A stretch of DNA of 64,000 bases from an uncultured Gammaproteobacteria bacterium (lineage in GTDB: Bacteria; Patescibacteriota; Patescibacteriia; UBA1558; 2-01-FULL-52-15), in the NCBI GenBank assembly GCA_964540995.1, contig CAZIOU010000003.1, positions 576-64,575 of the forward strand, read 5' to 3'. Below, one piece after another: positions 9,304 through 18,316 of the stretch (the stretch's first letter is position 1; each line of letters begins with the position of its first letter). Below the pieces are notes generated by a model. The model had not been told where the DNA came from and made no database searches. It saw only the letters and a list, made by a program, of their open reading frames with translations. A program made the position numbers and the translations under genes.

Positions 9304-9422
9304 ACCCTGCGTCGTCCAAAGACGACTTCGGGTGGCCTCTGGCCATCCGACAACCGAAGGTTGTGCAGGGTAGTAACCCGAAGCTTTAAAGCGAAGGGTT
9401 ACAGGTTAGCAATTTATACATA

Positions 9423-10190
9423 ATGAAACTAATCTCACTCAACACATGGGGAGGACGGGCGGGGAAAGAAAAATTGTTAGATTTTTTTGCTAGATATCGC
9501 GACGTCGATATTTTTTGTTTGCAAGAAATTTGTGCTGGACCATTTCCCGAGCTTGAAGGTACTCAAGCAGGCGGTAAGACGCTTAAGCACGAAGAGGTGA
9601 TGGTATACGGAAGACAAGAGATTGCTGAGTTATTGAAGAATGACTATGTTTCTTTTTTTGATCCTCACTTCTTAGATATTTACGGTTTAATGCTGCTGAT
9701 GAAGAAAGATATTCCTGCAATTTCACAAGGAGATACATTTGTCTATCGCGAAAAAGGACACGTTCCCAGCGGTGATGCCGGTAATCATGCACGCAATATT
9801 CAGTACGCCACTATTCAGACCACGAAAGGCCCCGTGACTCTTGTTAACTTTCATGGATTGTGGAATGGCGGTGGCAAGGGCGATAGCGAAGATAGATTAT
9901 TACAGTCGGATCGTATTATTGAGTTTCTCAAATCTCTGACGAATCCATATATATTTTGTGGTGATTTTAATCTCAAGCCTGATACCGAAAGCTTGAAAAA
10001 GTTCGAAACATTGGGACTACGCAATTTGATCAAAGAATTCGGCATTACCTCCACCAGAACGAGCCTCTATACTAAGGAGGAGAAGTTTGCCGACTACACC
10101 TTCGTCAGTAATGGTATAATGGTTAAGGACTTCAAAGTATTGCCAGACGAGGTTTCTGATCATGCGGCAATGTATCTTGAATTTGACTAA
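9423..10190 (+). CDS. endonuclease/exonuclease/phosphatase (EEP) family protein
   Basis: 'LNTWGG', 'DIFCLQE', C-terminal 'SDHAAM'. Confidence 0.75.
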   Translation: MKLISLNTWGGRAGKEKLLDFFARYRDVDIFCLQEICAGPFPELEGTQAGGKTLKHEEVMVYGRQEIAELLKNDYVSFFDPHFLDIYGLMLLMKKDIPAISQGDTFVYREKGHVPSGDAGNHARNIQYATIQTTKGPVTLVNFHGLWNGGGKGDSEDRLLQSDRIIEFLKSLTNPYIFCGDFNLKPDTESLKKFETLGLRNLIKEFGITSTRTSLYTKEEKFADYTFVSNGIMVKDFKVLPDEVSDHAAMYLEFD

Positions 10191-10208
10191 TATATCACGC
10201 GTACAATC

Positions 10209-11516
10209 TTGAGATCGGGTAAGGTTAGCCTTATTTATTTGCTACTGCTGGTGCTTATCGGCGGAGGGGTTTTCTGGTTTCTACGTCAATCAGACTGGAA
10301 ACAGACCAAAAGCTTGGTCAAGCAGGCTACCAGTGAAGCCAAAGCCAAATCAGAAGTACCATCCAGAGTGATCGAGATCCCGAGCGGAGAGACTTTCGGG
10401 GCGCTACTACAAGACAATGGATTTACCGGTGCTGAAGCGCAGGCCATAGTTGAAGCAAGTAAAGATGTCTATGATCTGACTACGATCCGCGCTGGTAAGA
10501 AGATAGAGCTTTATACTGATGAGGCAGGGGAGGTGCAGAAGTTGAAATATAATATTAATACGGAAGAGTACTTAGAGGTTAGTCGGGACTCGTCACTCGG
10601 TACTGGGAAGTCCAATTCTCAAGTCACGAGCATCGACTCTTCAGTGACGAGCACCGAGTACCGAGTCCCAAGTCCCCATCCCTGGACTGCTGTGAAAGTC
10701 AAAGTTCCGTACGAAGTCAAGATTCAGACAGCACAAGGTACGGTCAAAGATATTTTCTATTCTTCGGCCTTGGAGCAGGGGATAGATGAATTATTGGTTT
10801 TGGACATTGCCGATCTATTTCAATGGCAAGTTGATTTCGCCTTGGACATTCGTAACGGTGATAGTTATAAGGTCATCTACGAAGCCCGTTATCTGGACGG
10901 TAAATACGTCATGCCTGGTAAGATTTTGGCAGCCGAATTTATTAACCAAGGCCAAAGCTATAAGGCGTTCAATTTCACTGACGCCGAAGGTAATGACAGT
11001 TATTATGATCAAGATGGTAATTCGACCGAGAAGATGTTCCTCAAAGCACCGGTATCCTTCAAATATATTTCTTCCGGCTTCACGACCGGTAAACGTTATG
11101 TTAGCGCGTTCAATGTTTCTACTGGTCACCGAGCGATTGATTATGCCGCTGCCGCTGGTACACCCATACGCGCTACAGCTGACGGCACGGTCACGTATGC
11201 TGGTTGGACCAACGCCGGCTACGGCAATCTGACGAGTATTCGCCACAACAGTACCTATTCTACTAATTACGGCCATCAGTCTAAGATTCTTGTTAAGGTG
11301 GGGCAGAAGGTCAAGCAAGGCCAGACTATCGGCTACGTCGGCTCTACTGGATTCTCGACCGGTCCACATCTGCATTATGAAATGGTCAAGAACGGTGTGA
11401 AGATCAATCCGCAACACGAAGTCTTACCACCAGGGAAATCTCTTGGAGCTGAAAGTAAAGAAGCCTTTGCTCAAGTTGTAGCTGAATATAGTCAGAAGTT
11501 AGAGGCGATTAAATAA
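10209..11516 (+). CDS. M23 family metallopeptidase (membrane-anchored), TTG start
   Basis: N-terminal TM; 'HRAIDYAA..GTPIRATADGTVTYAG', 'GYVGSTGFSTGPHLHYEM'. Confidence 0.85.
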   Translation: MRSGKVSLIYLLLLVLIGGGVFWFLRQSDWKQTKSLVKQATSEAKAKSEVPSRVIEIPSGETFGALLQDNGFTGAEAQAIVEASKDVYDLTTIRAGKKIELYTDEAGEVQKLKYNINTEEYLEVSRDSSLGTGKSNSQVTSIDSSVTSTEYRVPSPHPWTAVKVKVPYEVKIQTAQGTVKDIFYSSALEQGIDELLVLDIADLFQWQVDFALDIRNGDSYKVIYEARYLDGKYVMPGKILAAEFINQGQSYKAFNFTDAEGNDSYYDQDGNSTEKMFLKAPVSFKYISSGFTTGKRYVSAFNVSTGHRAIDYAAAAGTPIRATADGTVTYAGWTNAGYGNLTSIRHNSTYSTNYGHQSKILVKVGQKVKQGQTIGYVGSTGFSTGPHLHYEMVKNGVKINPQHEVLPPGKSLGAESKEAFAQVVAEYSQKLEAIK

Positions 11517-11524
11517 ACAATTTT

Positions 11525-11556
11525 AAGAGGAGACCGGTTAGGGTCTCCTCTTTTTT
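11525..11556 (+). terminator. rho-independent terminator (copy 1 of a repeated hairpin)
   Basis: AAGAGGAGACC-GGTTAG-GGTCTCCTCTTTTTT. Confidence 0.8.
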
Positions 11557-11749
11557 GTCGAGTTTAGTCCTCTTGATCAATCTTGATATGACCATTTCGA
11601 GTGACGGGGTCATAATTGACTATCAGCTCACAAGCAGTTTGTGGGCCATGCTTTGTTCTGTAAGCCTGAAAGGCGATTGACGAAACCTCCTTGTATTGAG
11701 CCGGAGTGATAACCAAACTTAGAATCCACCTCAGAGGATTCCGACATTC

Positions 11750-11962
11750 CTATTCGACTAACCCTTCTTTTCTCATCATCCAGAGACCTACTTGGAGAGA
11801 TCTATGATCGCCCTCATGATTGATAACTTTGAAGTAGACAGTCCGAAGGGATCCGCTCTCGATGATTGGTACTGGATCAGTCAATGCCAATTCCAAGTCG
11901 CGGAGTGAGGGACCGTCAACGATAGAGAATGGATCTGGCCTTTTGACGGCTTTCTGTGTCAT
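11750..11962 (-). CDS. short diverged paralog of the 12399-12839 protein
   Basis: 'FSIVDGPSLRDLELALTDPVP' versus 'FDIVAGPSLREIELAMTDPWP'; 'SLQVGLWMMRKEGL' versus 'AIVEIWMIRHVGL'. Confidence 0.4.
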   Translation of the reverse strand: MTQKAVKRPDPFSIVDGPSLRDLELALTDPVPIIESGSLRTVYFKVINHEGDHRSLQVGLWMMRKEGLVE

Positions 11963-12096
11963 CCGACACCTCCTAATGAACGTATTCCTTTACAGGCAGG
12001 AACAGCCCTTTACTCCGCGAGTAGCAGAGCGTATCTACCATACGGCAGATATGGCTTAATTATCATGAGTTTGCTAGGTTGTCAATCGAGACGATT

Positions 12097-12129
12097 TTAA
12101 GAGGAGACCGGTTAGGGTCTCCTCTTGGT
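12097..12129 (+). repeat. second identical copy of the 11525 hairpin (no strong U-tract)
   Basis: TTTTAAGAGGAGACCGGTTAGGGTCTCCTCTT identical at 11521-11552 and 12097-12128. Confidence 0.6.
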
Positions 12130-12146
12130 TATAGGTAATAGTTAAT

Positions 12147-12356
12147 TCAGGTGACAAGACGTTGACAGAAATGCCCGAGAAGGCTTCGCGACGGTATCTG
12201 ATCTCGCTCGCCGCGAACCTGATCCATCTGAGCATTCAGACCATCGTCCATGAACAGTTCGTGAATCGATTGAGGGGGAATAATTTTCCCTTCTACTTCG
12301 TTCATGAATAGCTCATGAACTCTGGGATCCACAGTGGTGCTGTCCAGTTGTCTCAT
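12147..12356 (-). CDS. hypothetical small protein
   Basis: 69-aa ORF, last gene of a three-gene minus-strand islet. Confidence 0.35.
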   Translation of the reverse strand: MRQLDSTTVDPRVHELFMNEVEGKIIPPQSIHELFMDDGLNAQMDQVRGERDQIPSRSLLGHFCQRLVT

Positions 12357-12398
12357 TTTTACTCCTTAGGTCTCGTAGGAATAGGAGTTGACGGACTG

Positions 12399-12839
12399 TT
12401 AAGGTCGTAGCTGTCTCCATGGTGGGTTAGTCAGAACGATGCGACCTCGTTTGCGCTCATAATCGTAGAGCGCGGCAATTTCACCGATATCGTACTCATC
12501 GTCGAAACGCTGTTCTAACTCCTCGTTGGGTTCGCTAGTGGGGTTGAAGATATGCCTAGCATCGAACCCTCGCATCACAAGGCCGAGATCAAGGCTTGTC
12601 TTGGTGGTCTCGCTTAGGTCATCCGTCGGTAGGCCGACATGGCGGATCATCCATATTTCTACTATGGCGTCCACCGTCCTGCCATCAATAGCGATGATGG
12701 AAAATTTAACCTTTCGCATAAATTTAGCTTCATCTGTCGATGCGGGCCGCCCGAGTGGCCAGGGGTCGGTCATGGCTAACTCGATTTCCCGCAATGATGG
12801 GCCAGCAACAATGTCGAAAGCTTGTGGTGTATCTGACAT
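12399..12839 (-). CDS. hypothetical protein (GC-rich islet)
   Basis: 146 aa, has a paralog at 11750-11962, no known family recognised. Confidence 0.5.
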   Translation of the reverse strand: MSDTPQAFDIVAGPSLREIELAMTDPWPLGRPASTDEAKFMRKVKFSIIAIDGRTVDAIVEIWMIRHVGLPTDDLSETTKTSLDLGLVMRGFDARHIFNPTSEPNEELEQRFDDEYDIGEIAALYDYERKRGRIVLTNPPWRQLRP

Positions 12840-12859
12840 AGCTTCCTCCGAAGACAGGA

Positions 12860-13348
12860 CTAGCGTCCGTGAGCCTGAAAGCCATGACTCGATCCGAGTA
12901 CGTTAGGAGCGTCTTCACCATCATAAACTGCCGTTTGGCTTTTTTCGCCTTTGGCGAAGAGCTGCAGAGACCACACTATGGATCCATTTCGGCCATTGAG
13001 TGAGGCAGTAATGCGGAAGCCGGTCCATTGCGTTTTACCTCGCGCTAGCAGAAAATCGACGAGAAAGGCAAGAATCTTTTCTGGCGTGGAATCCTTGGCC
13101 CAGTAGCCGATATCGCCTTCAAAGCTTCCGGTGTGCTGCTCGATGCAGGCTTGGCCACGAGTTGGATCGCGATACAGAATTCGATCGTGGTCTTCCATCA
13201 CGAGAGTGTCGACGGTGTCATCATAGTCCAGCGGGAACTGATATTGCCGCATCAACATATTACTGGCGGTGCCCGATAATGAGTCGAGACCACCAAAACG
13301 ATAGCGTTCGGCCAGTGCTACTCGTTCGATTGCCATAGTAATCTCCAA
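12860..13348 (-). CDS. hypothetical protein (GC-rich islet); likely start at second Met (MAIERV)
   Basis: SD GGAGA lies within the first codons and serves the second ATG. A TTGACA promoter-like sequence sits upstream on the minus strand. Confidence 0.5.
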   Translation of the reverse strand: MEITMAIERVALAERYRFGGLDSLSGTASNMLMRQYQFPLDYDDTVDTLVMEDHDRILYRDPTRGQACIEQHTGSFEGDIGYWAKDSTPEKILAFLVDFLLARGKTQWTGFRITASLNGRNGSIVWSLQLFAKGEKSQTAVYDGEDAPNVLGSSHGFQAHGR

Positions 13349-13440
13349 AGTGAGAGAAATGTAATGAACGGTGATAGGATAAAATACTATTTATGTGTAA
13401 TATTGTCAAGGTAGTGAAACCTTGATTTTATTGCCATTTT

Positions 13441-14985
13441 ATGGCATTGTTCAATATCGATATGACAAAAAACTCCAAAGATTACTTTCTCTACCGCTTC
13501 TGGGAGATTATCCCAGGCAGCTTAGTTTGGCTGACCTTTATCTTGGCTATTGGCTTGTCGCTCTGGCAGCCATTGTGGGGTATCTATTTCATCTTGATCT
13601 TTGATGTCTATTGGGTATTGCGGGTCACCTATTTGTTGGTTTTCCTTTTGCTGTCGTGGCGTAAATTTAGACAGAATATCAAACTCAATTGGTTCGCCAA
13701 ATTGAAGACAGAATTCGGTACTGGCGACAAAGTCTGGTCTGACTACCGCCATATAATTTTCTTGCCGATGTACAAAGAGCCTCTGTCGGTAGTGGAGGAT
13801 AGTTTCCAGAGTCTAATCGCTACTAACTATGATCACCGGAAGTTTCTCATCGTTTTGGCCGGCGAAGGTGGTGCGCAAGAACACTTTGAGCAAGTCTCGG
13901 CAGCTATCGTCACTAAATATAAGCAACACTTTTTCGATATTGTAGTTACCATTCATCCGCAAGACATTGAAGGTGAATTACGCGGCAAAGGCTCCAATCT
14001 TTATTGGGCGGGGAATAAGACCAAAGAGTATGTCGATCAACAAGGCTGGGATTACAAGCAGATTATTGTGTCCGCTTTTGACATCGATACTAGACCTCAC
14101 GAACAGTATTTCAGTTACTTGACCTATGCTTTCTTAACCAGTCCCAATCCCTATCGCACCAGCTTCCAACCGTTGACCTTATACCACAATAATATCTGGG
14201 AATCTGATCTGGTGACTCGGGTCGTAGCCAATTCGACCACCTTCTGGCTTATGACTGATCTGGCGCGAGCTGATCGGCTATTTACCTTCTCATCACATAG
14301 TATGAGCTGGCAGGCGCTGGTCGATGTCGGCTTCTGGCAAAATAATATCGTGACGGAAGACTCTCGCATCTTTTTGCAATGCTTGATCCACTATGATGGA
14401 GATTATCGGGTAACGCCGATGTATATGACGGTTTCGATGGACACTGTCTATGTCGGTTCGGTCTGGAAAAGTTTACTCAATCAATATAAGCAAATGCGCC
14501 GTTGGGCTTGGGGTGTCGAGCATTATCCTTATATGATGTGGCATTTCCGAGCTAATAAGAAGATTCCGCGTAAGAAGGCGCTAATCTATATTTTCAATCA
14601 GACGGAAGGTGTCTACTCTTGGGCTACCGCTCCAATACTAATCTTTATCATGGGTCATCTACCGCTGTGGATGGCCGATCGTATCAATGAGAATTCAGCT
14701 TTGGCACAGGCAGCACCGCTAATTTTGAGTAATTTGATGACGGCTGCCTTGGCAGGATTAGTCGTAACCGCTTTTATGAGTGTTTATATCTTACCCAAAT
14801 GTCCTTACACCGGAATTCGTAAGTTCTGGGCTTATAGTATGATGCTAGTGCAGTGGGTGTTTTTCCCGATTACTATGATCCTGTGGGGCTCGATACCAGC
14901 TATAGACGCACAAACACGCCTAATGGTAGGCGCGTATATGGGTTTCTGGGTGACAGAGAAGACGAGAGTGGGGAAGAGTAATTAG
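13441..14985 (+). CDS. membrane-embedded processive family-2 glycosyltransferase (cellulose/chitin-synthase-like)
   Basis: Multiple TM helices, 'SAFDID' (DxD), 'QYKQMRRWAWG' (QxxRW motif). Confidence 0.7.
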   Translation: MALFNIDMTKNSKDYFLYRFWEIIPGSLVWLTFILAIGLSLWQPLWGIYFILIFDVYWVLRVTYLLVFLLLSWRKFRQNIKLNWFAKLKTEFGTGDKVWSDYRHIIFLPMYKEPLSVVEDSFQSLIATNYDHRKFLIVLAGEGGAQEHFEQVSAAIVTKYKQHFFDIVVTIHPQDIEGELRGKGSNLYWAGNKTKEYVDQQGWDYKQIIVSAFDIDTRPHEQYFSYLTYAFLTSPNPYRTSFQPLTLYHNNIWESDLVTRVVANSTTFWLMTDLARADRLFTFSSHSMSWQALVDVGFWQNNIVTEDSRIFLQCLIHYDGDYRVTPMYMTVSMDTVYVGSVWKSLLNQYKQMRRWAWGVEHYPYMMWHFRANKKIPRKKALIYIFNQTEGVYSWATAPILIFIMGHLPLWMADRINENSALAQAAPLILSNLMTAALAGLVVTAFMSVYILPKCPYTGIRKFWAYSMMLVQWVFFPITMILWGSIPAIDAQTRLMVGAYMGFWVTEKTRVGKSN

Positions 14986-14992
14986 AAATAAG

Positions 14993-15087
14993 ATTCAATA
15001 ATCAAGCTACAATAATCAATATCAAATTGCAGAAAACGCCGGTGCACGAGTTTGAATATTGATTATTTCTGTATTGAATATTGTTTG
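14993..15087 (+). repeat. about 95-bp AT-rich repeat element ending in paired TTGAATATTG motifs
   Basis: TTCAATAATCAA..TGCAGAAAACG..GAGTTTGAATATTGATTATTTCTGTATTGAATATTGTTTG; a second full copy at 22051-22165. Confidence 0.6.
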
Positions 15088-15181
15088 AAATTTGGGTATT
15101 GATTATTGAACATTTCTCTGTATGCTGGATTGCTTCGCCCGCGGACGTTCTCGCAAAAGTGACAATAACTTGCTCTAGGCG

Positions 15182-16093
15182 CTAACTAGTAACTATCTTA
15201 TATCCGTTGGCAAATTCTGCCGCGGACATTTTATTTTTGCCTTCTGGTTGAATTTCCAATACTTGCAGGGCAGCGATGCCACAGGCGACCAATAGGTTGT
15301 CTCCCTCTTTCCACCAGGTACCAGCCGGTTTGTGATCGGGATTCTCGGCCAAGTCAGCTTTGGAAATGATAAATCGTTTGTCATTCCAGAAGAAATAAGC
15401 GCTGGGCCAAGGAGTATAGGCGCGAATTTTGTTGCGAACTTCTGTGGCAGCATCGTCCCACATGATCAGGCCGTCTTCTTTGGACAATTTCTTGCACAGG
15501 GTTGCGGCCACATGATTCTGTTCTTCAGCTGTAGTCACACCTTCTAAATACTGTGGTAATTTCTCCGCTAACAATTGAGCAGAAGTTTCCGCCAGACGTT
15601 TCTCGAGATCAAGATAATAGTCACTGGGGTAGATCGGTAATTCCCGCTGCGCTACGATAGGACCGTGATCCATCTGAGCGTCCAGTTGCATCAGCGTGAC
15701 GGCGGTTTCTGGCTCATTGGCTAGGAGCACTGATTGGATAGGAGAGGCTCCACGCCAGCGCGGTAGGCGAGAAGGATGGATATTGAGCGCCGGTAATTCC
15801 GAAAGTTGTAGTACGGCATCGGGTATAATCTTGCCATAAGCAATAACTAGAAAGGTGGCTGGTAAGTAGGGTTGGAGCGAAGCAATGAATGTTTCGTCTA
15901 GTGCTTCGGGTGTTAGGATAGACAGGCCTAATTCCGTGGCGACTTTCTTCACGGGCGACATATTGACTGATTGACCGCGGCCTTGTTCGGAATCTGGCTT
16001 GGTGATGACCGCGCGGATTAGCCCACGTTCAGCTAATTTCTTCAGACTAGGCACGGCGAATTCTGGGCTGCCCCAGAAGATGACTGGATTCAT
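15182..16093 (-). CDS. fmt: methionyl-tRNA formyltransferase
   Basis: 'IFWGSPEFAVPSL', formyltransferase core 'NIHPSRLPRWRGASPIQ'. Confidence 0.9.
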   Translation of the reverse strand: MNPVIFWGSPEFAVPSLKKLAERGLIRAVITKPDSEQGRGQSVNMSPVKKVATELGLSILTPEALDETFIASLQPYLPATFLVIAYGKIIPDAVLQLSELPALNIHPSRLPRWRGASPIQSVLLANEPETAVTLMQLDAQMDHGPIVAQRELPIYPSDYYLDLEKRLAETSAQLLAEKLPQYLEGVTTAEEQNHVAATLCKKLSKEDGLIMWDDAATEVRNKIRAYTPWPSAYFFWNDKRFIISKADLAENPDHKPAGTWWKEGDNLLVACGIAALQVLEIQPEGKNKMSAAEFANGYKIVTS

Positions 16094-16096
16094 GGG

Positions 16097-16594
16097 TTAG
16101 ATAGATAATAATGTATCAAGTTTCTTACGACCTTCGATGATGCTCTCGGCCTTATCGATGAAGAGTATGCCATTGAGATGGTCGACTTCATGCTGAATAA
16201 CGATAGCTTCGAAATTTTTGGCTTTGCCGATAACTTTTTTCCCGTTGAGATCAGTGTATTTGTAGCGGATTTTGGCTGAACGTTTGACTGTGCCGAAGAC
16301 TTCTGGGACAGAGAGACAGCCTTCTTCACTAACCATTTTTTCTTTGGAACTGAAAGTAATTTCAGGATTGATCATCGGGATCGCTCCATCTTTGCCATCC
16401 GTCACGACAATCAAGCGGATACTGTGATTGATCTGGGGCGCTGCTAGTCCGACACCTTTGAATTCATGCATAGCCACCATCATTTGTTCGGCTAGTATCC
16501 TGATGTCTGCAGACACAGTAGTAATAGCCTTCGCTTTGTGACGCAGGATTGGCTGGGGGACGGTGATTAAGGTGAGACCTGATCTTAGCTCCAT
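16097..16594 (-). CDS. def: peptide deformylase
   Basis: 'GVGLAAPQ', 'EGCLSVPE', 'HEVDHLNG'. Confidence 0.95.
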   Translation of the reverse strand: MELRSGLTLITVPQPILRHKAKAITTVSADIRILAEQMMVAMHEFKGVGLAAPQINHSIRLIVVTDGKDGAIPMINPEITFSSKEKMVSEEGCLSVPEVFGTVKRSAKIRYKYTDLNGKKVIGKAKNFEAIVIQHEVDHLNGILFIDKAESIIEGRKKLDTLLSI

Positions 16595-18315
16595 TGGTAG
16601 GGATTAATTTCAATCAATATCCTATTATTGTAGGTTTTGATGAGATTGTCAATGAAGTCGTGGGATAAGCTACCACGAATAATCAGATAGGTGTCGTCAC
16701 GGACAGCTATTGTTGTGCCGGTCTGTGATTCGATGCGTGTAGTCAGTTCTGATTGAATCGTCGGTGCATGGGCTTTATCCTTGATAAAAATCTTATAACT
16801 AGTGGCAAAAGGTGGGTAGTTAAATTCTTGTCGGAAGGCTAATTCTTCGGAAATGAAAGCTTTGAAGTTAGTCAGTGATTGATAGACATAATGAGTCGGT
16901 GTGGCAGTTTGGATAAGGAGTGACTGACTTCGTACGAGTAGCTGCCGCAAGTGTTGGCGGAGCTCTTCGGTAGCATTAAAGTCTGGACGCCACAGCTCAC
17001 CATCGGGATGGATCGCTACCGTGAGATCAAATCTTAGTTCAGTGGATAATATCTTGGAAGTTGCTATGACAATGTCAGCCTGATGAATGGTTGATGTTAA
17101 CCGCTGACTCAAGATAGAAACTTTTTTATCTGGCCAGAGCTCTTGCACTTCGCGTACCAAACGACTTAAACCACTGGAGCGTAATTTGAGCTTGGTACTA
17201 TAGCAGCGGGGACAAGTCATCACGGCTTCGTGTTGCAACTGGCAGTTCCAACAACGCAGATCACGACTTTGGGGTTGGTAACTTAAAGCCCGGTGACAGC
17301 GAGGGCATTCGGCAATCCATTTACAGCGTCCACAAGCCACCATATTGGCTGTGCCGTAGTGATTGAGATAGAGAAGGGTTTTGGGGCTATGAACAGCGGC
17401 CTCTTGTGCTGCTTGTGATAGTAGTCCGCGCCCACCAGAATTGCGCTCACTGGTCATGTCGACAGTGGTTACGGCTTTGCTTTTGTGTTCTATAGATTTG
17501 ACCGGTAGAGCAGTCTGACGGGTAGCTTGGAATAGATTGCAATTGGGAGACGGTGAGGCTAGAAGTAATTTACAGCCGTATAGTCTCTGATAATGACCGA
17601 TGAAATCACTCAGATGCAAGCGAGGATTCTGTTCAGAACGATGCAACTGGGTATTCTCAGCATCGATAACGACAAGCTGTTGTAGATTGTGAAAGGGTAA
17701 AAACAGGCTATGAAATGTCCCGATGATAACAGGAGCAGCATGGGATTGCTCCCAAGCTTGCCAATAGGCTAATTTCTCCACCTTCGATGGTAGTACGAGT
17801 GCTTCGGGGGCAATAGTTCGCGCCAAAGGCAGTAGATAATATTCTGGTACGATGATCAGCGTCTGACCGTGAGCGGCTTTGATGGCTGCTTGGACGTAGG
17901 TTGAAAGACTGCTCCAATCATCATAGATCGCCCAACTATGATACGTATCGGGAGTTACCTCGTTGCTGATGGTGGGTTCGGTTATTGCCGGTGAGTTTTT
18001 GCGTTTTGGTTCATTAGCTACAAATAATGGCAGTAAAGTCGAAGCTGATAGATGATACAGTTCAGCTAAATGTCGAAGGAGTTCAATCTGTTGTCGAGTT
18101 AATTCGGTTGCCGCGATTGAGACGATTGATTGAATCTTGTCCCATGTACTAGAGCTGACAATTTCTAAAACGACGCCAGTGAGATGCTGACGACGGAACG
18201 GTACTTTGACTAGTGAACCAGGATGAATATCTGATTCTAGATGTTGCGGAATCTTATAGTCAAAATAATCCAAGTTCGCCGGCAAACGGCGGAGTGGAGC
18301 GACACGAGCGATCAT
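16585..18315 (-). CDS. priA: primosomal protein N' (PriA)-like with degenerate helicase ATPase motifs
   Basis: PriA N-terminal 3'-DNA-binding region ('DYFDYKIPQ..GSLVKVPFRRQHLTGVV') and the Cys4-Cys4 zinc region ('CGRCKWIAECPRC..CWNC..CPRC'). Walker A is replaced by 'AAHGQTLIIVPE' and DExH by 'VIDAEN'. Confidence 0.65.
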   Translation of the reverse strand: MIARVAPLRRLPANLDYFDYKIPQHLESDIHPGSLVKVPFRRQHLTGVVLEIVSSSTWDKIQSIVSIAATELTRQQIELLRHLAELYHLSASTLLPLFVANEPKRKNSPAITEPTISNEVTPDTYHSWAIYDDWSSLSTYVQAAIKAAHGQTLIIVPEYYLLPLARTIAPEALVLPSKVEKLAYWQAWEQSHAAPVIIGTFHSLFLPFHNLQQLVVIDAENTQLHRSEQNPRLHLSDFIGHYQRLYGCKLLLASPSPNCNLFQATRQTALPVKSIEHKSKAVTTVDMTSERNSGGRGLLSQAAQEAAVHSPKTLLYLNHYGTANMVACGRCKWIAECPRCHRALSYQPQSRDLRCWNCQLQHEAVMTCPRCYSTKLKLRSSGLSRLVREVQELWPDKKVSILSQRLTSTIHQADIVIATSKILSTELRFDLTVAIHPDGELWRPDFNATEELRQHLRQLLVRSQSLLIQTATPTHYVYQSLTNFKAFISEELAFRQEFNYPPFATSYKIFIKDKAHAPTIQSELTTRIESQTGTTIAVRDDTYLIIRGSLSHDFIDNLIKTYNNRILIEINPYQWS

Positions 18316-18316
18316 A

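Noticed and set aside
10786-11417. ORFs of 148 aa (plus strand, other frame) and 200 aa (minus strand) inside the M23 peptidase gene.
   Set aside because: They sit entirely within a confidently identified CDS with conserved M23 motifs; they are shadow ORFs.
12526-12924. Plus-strand 126-aa and minus-strand 64-aa ORFs inside the GC-rich islet.
   Set aside because: They overlap the better-supported 146- and 162-aa minus-strand genes, which have SDs and a paralog. They are typical GC-rich shadow ORFs.
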